Assembly (NCBI GenBank): GCA_037441285.1
Contig: JBBISL010000024.1
Span: 9,972 to 23,933 of the forward strand
From: a candidate division WOR-3 bacterium
GTDB lineage: Bacteria; Hydrothermota; Tepidihabitantia; Tepidihabitantales; Tepidihabitantaceae
Length of the DNA stretch: 13,962 bases
Reading direction: 5' to 3'
Part shown: positions 1-4,919 of the stretch, piece after piece
Numbering within the stretch: the stretch's first letter is position 1
Layout: every line of letters begins with the position of its first letter
Program-made: the position numbers and the translations under genes
The notes under the pieces: generated by a model
The model's database searches: none
What the model was told of the DNA's origin: nothing
The model's input: only the letters and a program-made list of their open reading frames with translations

Positions 1-2
1 CG

Positions 3-3000
3 TCGCCGGTCGGTGTACTCACGGTGCGCTGCTCTACGGCGCTGGTCGGGGATACAAATGAGCTTAACGACATGGCGGTTGATACGGTCCGGGTAGTAAC
101 CCATCCCGATGCCGCAGTAACCGACATATATGCTCCAATCGGCGTGGTTGATTCCGGGGCAGTCGTTACTCCCTGGGCACGAATCTGTAATTATGGAAGT
201 TCGGCGGTTGTTGTGCCAGTGCTGATGCGCATCGGCGACGATTACGAGGAGGTGCGAACCAAATTTCTCAATACTGGGGCAAAGGACACCGTAGTCTTCC
301 CGCAGTGGATTGCGTCGCCGCTTGGAGTTCAGCCGGTAGTGTGTTCAACAATGGTGACAGGCGATGAAAATCCAGATAATGACCGGCGGGTTGATTCAGT
401 CCGGGTGGTTAAGTTTGTTGATGCAGCGGCGCTGGCGATAATTGAACCGGTGGGCATAGTGGACTCCGGAGCGATTGTGGTGCCGCGGGTGGTGATTGCC
501 AATCTGGGCGTTTCGCCTGTTGATGTACCGGTAAGATTACAGATTGGGATAAATTACGATTTTTGGATAACAACGCGGATATTACCTGGGGCGAGTGATA
601 CGGTTTCTTTTCCCGAGTGGCAGGCGATGGAGTTAGGTGAGCAAATGGTGCGCTGTTCGACAGCATTGGAGGGCGACCTGAATGACGCTAACAATGTGGT
701 CAGCTCCACGGTTATGGTGGTGCGCCGCATTGATGCCGCCTGCAATGCGATACTGTCGCCCCAAGGGATGGTGGAGCTGGGTGATAGCGTTGTTCCATCG
801 GCGGTTATTGTCAACTATTCGTCATCAATTCAGGAAATACCGGTTTGGATGTTCATTGGTGCTGGCTACAAAGATTTTCAAAGTAGCATACTTGAGCCGG
901 GGGAAAGTGATACGGTAAATTTCAGGTTGTGGCAGGCTGAGGGACGCGGTTTTATCAGCGTGAAATGCTCAACCGCGCTTGTCGGGGATGAGCGGCCTGA
1001 GAACGATGTTAAGATTGAGAGTGTATTTGTCCGGGGTTATCCGGATGCAGCGGTGAATGCGATTCTTGCACCGGCAGGTATTGTTGATTCCGGACGCCGA
1101 GTGGTGCCCAAGGCGCTGGTTGCCAATCTTGGGTCAGCACCCCAGATAATTCCGGTAGAGATGCGGATTGGTGATTTCTACCGCTCTTATCGGGAGAGGT
1201 TAATTGCACCAGGGCTGGTAGATACCGTGCTGTTTGATGAGTGGTGGGCAGTTGAAGTAGGTCGGCATACAGTTCGGTGTAGTACCAGCCTTCTGGACGA
1301 CAGTAATCCCGGCAACGACTTTCAAGATGCCCTGGTTGAGGTGTGCTGGCGTGATGTGGGCTGTGAGGCGATTCTTGCGCCGGTGGGTACGGTGCCCGCT
1401 GGAGAAAGTGTAATTCCGTTAGTGCGGGTGCGCAATTTTGGTACAACAAGAGAGCGAATCCCGGCGCTGTTGCGCATTGGTGAGCGTTATGCGGCTACCG
1501 TCTGGAGTGACACCATTGACCCGGCTGGCGCGGCAGAGTTGACATTTCCACCGGTGTTGATTGAGGAGGGAGAGCAGGTGGTGAGTTGTTCGACAGCGCT
1601 CTCCGGCGATATGAATCTGGCAAATGATAAGATTGAAACGAGGGTTTTCGGAGTAATGCGGAATATCGACTTAGCGGCGGACAGCGCGGCGACAGTCCCA
1701 CCTGGTGGAATAGTTAATTATCGGTTGACCTGTTCTAATAATGGCAATTTTGTTGATACGGTTGACATCGTTAGCTACCGGACGCGCGCTAACTGGGTTG
1801 TTGAATTTCTTGATTCAACCGGAACAAATTACCTGGCTGATAACAATGGGAATGGTATTCCCGACCTCGGCGCAGTGCCGGCGGGCGGCGGGGTTGGATT
1901 TGTCGTGCGCGTGACGGTGCCTTTCAATGAAGTAGGGTTGATTGTTGACTCGACGGAAGTGGAGGCGATATCAGCGAGCAATCCGATGGTACGGGACCGG
2001 GTGCATTTGTTGACCGCGGTGGCGCCGGTTGCGAATTTAGTAATTCAACCGGACCAGTTTCATACCGTCGTACCGGGGCAGGCAAACAACTTTGTTTTCA
2101 CGATAAATAACTTCGGGAATATTCCGGATTATGCCGACCTGAGTTATCAAGTAACACAAGGGGGATGGCAGCATCGATTGGTTGATGGCGGCGGTACGGT
2201 GCTTGAAGACCGCAACAACAACGGGCGGCCGGACATCGGTCCGATTGCCCCTTACGGTGGGAGTGCTGAGATAATATTTGAGGTTACTCCTTCCTGGTCA
2301 GCGATGTTAGGACAGCGGGATACCGGACGAGTGAGCATCTGGTCTTTTGCGGACAGCCGGGTGAGCGATGAGGCGGTTGCAATTGCCGAAGTGGATGGCG
2401 TGGTGACCGGGATTGATATCACACCCGACTTGACCGATCTGCTGGCACCAGGTGAGACCCGCGATTATGAGTTTACCGTGATTACCACCGGAACAATCCG
2501 AACGATTGTCAACCTTGCTCTTATTGCTCAGGACAGTTCTTGGGGCTGGGAGTTGCTTGACCAGGCGGGCGACACCGATCTGCGTGACTCGGACTTTGAC
2601 CATCAACCCGACCTGGGATTTGTCGCACCAGACACACCGGTTAAGTTTAAACTCCGGATAAAGGCACCACGCTTAACCCAGTTGCTCAACAGTGCTAACC
2701 CCAATGAGACCGAGTTCTGGTTACGGGCTCGTGCTGGTCAGGATTCAACGCTGGGCGATTCGGTGCGGTTGAGATTTACCTTAACACCGCAGTTCCAGAT
2801 TTTCTGTTATCGCCTGTCAGCGGAAGGCAGGATGCGGTTTATCTTTTCGATACCGGAACGGGGTGATGTGACACTCCTGGTTTACAACCGTTTAGGAGAG
2901 CGGGTTCGAACTTTGCTGGACCGAGAGCGAAGCAGAGAGGGGATTTATGTTCTGGACTGGGATGGAACAAATGATGCGGGCAGAAGATTGGCACCGGGAG

Positions 3001-3086
3001 TTTATGTTTACCGGTTTGAAATGCGACCGGAGACCGGTCGATTACAGCGGTTGGTTAAAAAATTTGTGTTTACGCGCGCACGATGA
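3..3086 (+). CDS. Large secreted/surface repeat protein (CARDB-like repeats + NEW3/Ig-like repeats + C-terminal FlgD-Ig/T9SS sorting-like domain); 5'-truncated
   Basis: The frame is open from position 3 (SPVGVLTVRCSTAL...), so the GTG at 24 is not the true start. It carries repeated CSTxLxGDxNxxND...DAAxxxIxxP...N.G...TVxF motifs. The C-terminus VTLLVYNRLGERVRTLLD...GIYVLDWDGTNDAGRRLAPGVYVYRF matches the FlgD-Ig/T9SS type A CTD-like pattern. Stop TGA at 3084-3086. Confidence 0.8.
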   Translation, partial: SPVGVLTVRCSTALVGDTNELNDMAVDTVRVVTHPDAAVTDIYAPIGVVDSGAVVTPWARICNYGSSAVVVPVLMRIGDDYEEVRTKFLNTGAKDTVVFPQWIASPLGVQPVVCSTMVTGDENPDNDRRVDSVRVVKFVDAAALAIIEPVGIVDSGAIVVPRVVIANLGVSPVDVPVRLQIGINYDFWITTRILPGASDTVSFPEWQAMELGEQMVRCSTALEGDLNDANNVVSSTVMVVRRIDAACNAILSPQGMVELGDSVVPSAVIVNYSSSIQEIPVWMFIGAGYKDFQSSILEPGESDTVNFRLWQAEGRGFISVKCSTALVGDERPENDVKIESVFVRGYPDAAVNAILAPAGIVDSGRRVVPKALVANLGSAPQIIPVEMRIGDFYRSYRERLIAPGLVDTVLFDEWWAVEVGRHTVRCSTSLLDDSNPGNDFQDALVEVCWRDVGCEAILAPVGTVPAGESVIPLVRVRNFGTTRERIPALLRIGERYAATVWSDTIDPAGAAELTFPPVLIEEGEQVVSCSTALSGDMNLANDKIETRVFGVMRNIDLAADSAATVPPGGIVNYRLTCSNNGNFVDTVDIVSYRTRANWVVEFLDSTGTNYLADNNGNGIPDLGAVPAGGGVGFVVRVTVPFNEVGLIVDSTEVEAISASNPMVRDRVHLLTAVAPVANLVIQPDQFHTVVPGQANNFVFTINNFGNIPDYADLSYQVTQGGWQHRLVDGGGTVLEDRNNNGRPDIGPIAPYGGSAEIIFEVTPSWSAMLGQRDTGRVSIWSFADSRVSDEAVAIAEVDGVVTGIDITPDLTDLLAPGETRDYEFTVITTGTIRTIVNLALIAQDSSWGWELLDQAGDTDLRDSDFDHQPDLGFVAPDTPVKFKLRIKAPRLTQLLNSANPNETEFWLRARAGQDSTLGDSVRLRFTLTPQFQIFCYRLSAEGRMRFIFSIPERGDVTLLVYNRLGERVRTLLDRERSREGIYVLDWDGTNDAGRRLAPGVYVYRFEMRPETGRLQRLVKKFVFTRAR
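30..1650 (+). repeat. Intragenic tandem ~104-aa CARDB-like domain repeats (5 complete + 1 partial)
   Basis: Cys codons of the CST/CTT-type anchor motif fall at 30, 342, 654, 966, 1278 and 1587, giving spacings of 312, 312, 312, 312 and 309 nt. The repeat is conserved at protein level and diverged at DNA level. Confidence 0.85.
1660..2790 (+). repeat. Three ~125-aa Ig-like (NEW3-like) repeats, each with a Dx[DN]x[DN]xxPDxG loop
   Basis: DNNGNGIPDLG at 1839, DRNNNGRPDIG at 2208, DSDFDHQPDLG at 2586 (spacings 369 and 378 nt). Each unit starts with a PG..Y/F..T..N/T.G motif and has a W..L.D..G motif. Boundaries are approximate. Confidence 0.75.
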
Positions 3087-3228
3087 ATAGAAGGGTAATA
3101 AAATCAGCAGGACACTCGAGCCGGAACCGTATTATGGTTGAGCAACGCGGCAGGAGAAGGCTGCGCATCGAGTTGTTTCGACCGTTTCGAATAGCGGAGA
3201 TGGTAAGAGTTTTAGGCAAGGGAGGGTT

Positions 3229-4719
3229 ATGTTTGCGCTGGTGTTATTCACGCTGTTGACCAATTTCGGCTGGGGTGATGCGGGAAGTACCGCATTCCCT
3301 TTGCTCCGGGTTCCTTTAGGTGCGCGTCCCTGTGCGCTGGGCGAGGCGTTTACCGGTGCGGCGGATGATATCAACGCCATTTACTTCAATCCCGCAGGTC
3401 TGGGATGCCTCGCTGACCTGGAACTTGCATTAGCCCATCAAGAATGGTTTGCCGATATCCGGGATGAAAATCTGAGTTTTATAACACCGTTAGGTCCAGG
3501 GACTTTAGGCATAAGCGGTGTGCTGTCAACGATGCACAATGTGGAAAACTGGTATGCCGGGGCGAGTTATCCGGAGACGATTGCGCTTTCGAGTGGTTAT
3601 GCCACGGTGGCTTATGGGGTAAAACTGGGTGATGCGATTGCGTTCGGGATTGGCGCAAAGGGTCTCTATGATGCGCTTCCGGACGATAATGTTGGTCGCG
3701 GGGTGTGTTTTGACCTTGGGTTTTTGTATCGCATAAGGAGTGGTTTCCGGGCGGGCATCGCAATTCAGAATCTGGGACCGGGCATCAAATACGGAAGTGA
3801 GCGGTTTGCGTTACCGCTGGGAGTTCGGACGGGAGTGAGTTATAGAGTAAATCGGGAGCGGTCGTGGTTGAATGGGCTCCGGGTTTTGTTTGATGCCAAC
3901 GCCGCGCTGGGCGGTTTTCCGGATTTTCATTTCGGTATGGAGTATCCGCTTTATGAAATTCTTTTCTGTCGAATTGGTTACCGTTTGGGACCGCAGGACT
4001 ACCGGTCGCTTTCGCCCTGGGCAGGGTTTACCGCCGGTGTTGGTGTTGCACTGGAACGGTGGGCGCTCGATTACGCTTATGTTCCCTACGGTGAACTCGG
4101 GGCGACTCATCGGCTAACGATTCGCACCGGCTTTGCCCAGCCCGGTTACGGCAGGATTAGAATTCGGGTCACAGAAGTGGGAACCGGTTTGCCGATTGCC
4201 CACGCCCATTTTACCATGGAGGGAACACATTTTGGACAGTCTTACACCGAATCAAACGGCATCTTTGTTGTTGAGGGTGTCCAGACCGGCTGGGTCAAGA
4301 TTAAAGTGGATGCGGACAGTTTTTTCTCTCAAAGCGAGTCACTTTTTGTTGAGCCGAGGGAAACCCATACGGTAAATTTTGTGCTGCGGCGGGCTGGTTA
4401 TGGTTCATTGTGGGGCGGAGTTTACAGTGAACGGAGCCGATGGCCTCTTGCGGCAAAAGTGTACTACTGCGGTCCGGATTCCGGGACAGTGCAGACCAAT
4501 AACATTGAAGGGAGTTTTGTTCTTCGCAAACTGGCGGCAGGTTTTTATCGCCTGACGATAACACCGGACGACAGTAGTTATCTTGCGATTGCCGATTCGC
4601 TCACGGTTGTGCCCGGGGAATTGCTGTCGCGGACTTACTTATTAAAGGAGCGACTCGCACCAGTGTTGCCCGATAGCTCGGGAAATGGCAATGAAGATAA
4701 GAACAATCAGCAGCAATAG
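3229..4719 (+). CDS. PorV/PorQ-family (UPF0164-like) outer-membrane beta-barrel protein with two C-terminal carboxypeptidase-regulatory-like/Cna-B-like domains
   Basis: GGAGG SD just upstream and a hydrophobic signal-like N-terminus. The motif LRVPLGARPCALGEAFTGAADDINAIYFNPAGL is typical of the PorV/FadL-like family. The barrel-end motif LDYAYVPYGELGATHRLTI is followed by two ~84-aa beta-rich units starting GYG (4144, 4396). Confidence 0.8.
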   Translation: MFALVLFTLLTNFGWGDAGSTAFPLLRVPLGARPCALGEAFTGAADDINAIYFNPAGLGCLADLELALAHQEWFADIRDENLSFITPLGPGTLGISGVLSTMHNVENWYAGASYPETIALSSGYATVAYGVKLGDAIAFGIGAKGLYDALPDDNVGRGVCFDLGFLYRIRSGFRAGIAIQNLGPGIKYGSERFALPLGVRTGVSYRVNRERSWLNGLRVLFDANAALGGFPDFHFGMEYPLYEILFCRIGYRLGPQDYRSLSPWAGFTAGVGVALERWALDYAYVPYGELGATHRLTIRTGFAQPGYGRIRIRVTEVGTGLPIAHAHFTMEGTHFGQSYTESNGIFVVEGVQTGWVKIKVDADSFFSQSESLFVEPRETHTVNFVLRRAGYGSLWGGVYSERSRWPLAAKVYYCGPDSGTVQTNNIEGSFVLRKLAAGFYRLTITPDDSSYLAIADSLTVVPGELLSRTYLLKERLAPVLPDSSGNGNEDKNNQQQ

Positions 4720-4730
4720 CAAAATTTTCC

Positions 4731-4758
4731 TTGACAACGGGTAAAAAAATATTATATT
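4731..4758 (+). promoter_or_regulatory. Sigma70-type promoter (TTGACA-N16-TATATT)
   Basis: Perfect -35 at 4731-4736 and TATATT at 4753-4758, in an AT-rich intergenic gap upstream of an SD and a micro-ORF. Confidence 0.75.
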
Positions 4759-4787
4759 AAATCGTTCGTTCTTAAAAAGGAGGTACG

Positions 4788-4874
4788 ATGGCATGCATGA
4801 AGCGCGGTGTTAAGAAAACCGCAAAGAAGACAGCGAAGAAGACCGTTAAGAAGACCGCAAAGAAAAAGAAATAG
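4788..4874 (+). CDS. 28-aa lysine-rich histone H1-like small basic protein MACMKRGVKKTAKKTAKKTVKKTAKKKK
   Basis: AAGGAGG at 4777-4783 lies 4 nt before the ATG, the same SD spacing as crt. There is a promoter upstream and a hairpin downstream. The 12-nt repeat units differ mainly at synonymous positions. 13 Lys + 1 Arg, no acidic residues. Confidence 0.75.
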   Translation: MACMKRGVKKTAKKTAKKTVKKTAKKKK

Positions 4875-4890
4875 CTGTCGGTAGAATAAA

Positions 4891-4919
4891 GAAGGGGGCA
4901 GATGCCCCCTTCGCATTTT
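4891..4919 (+). terminator. Intrinsic terminator-like hairpin (possibly bidirectional or leaky)
   Basis: GAAGGGGGCA-GA-TGCCCCCTTC (4891-4912) is a perfect 10-bp inverted repeat. It is followed by GCATTTT on the + strand and TTTATTCT on the - strand. Confidence 0.65.

Noticed and set aside
24..26. GTG at 24 as the start of the 1020-aa protein
   Set aside because: The frame is open to the window edge, lies mid-repeat and has no signal peptide, so the gene starts upstream.
4812..4871. 12-nt tandem repeat as a CRISPR array or non-coding VNTR
   Set aside because: There are no spacers, the units are too short, and the variation is codon-synonymous, consistent with a coding repeat.
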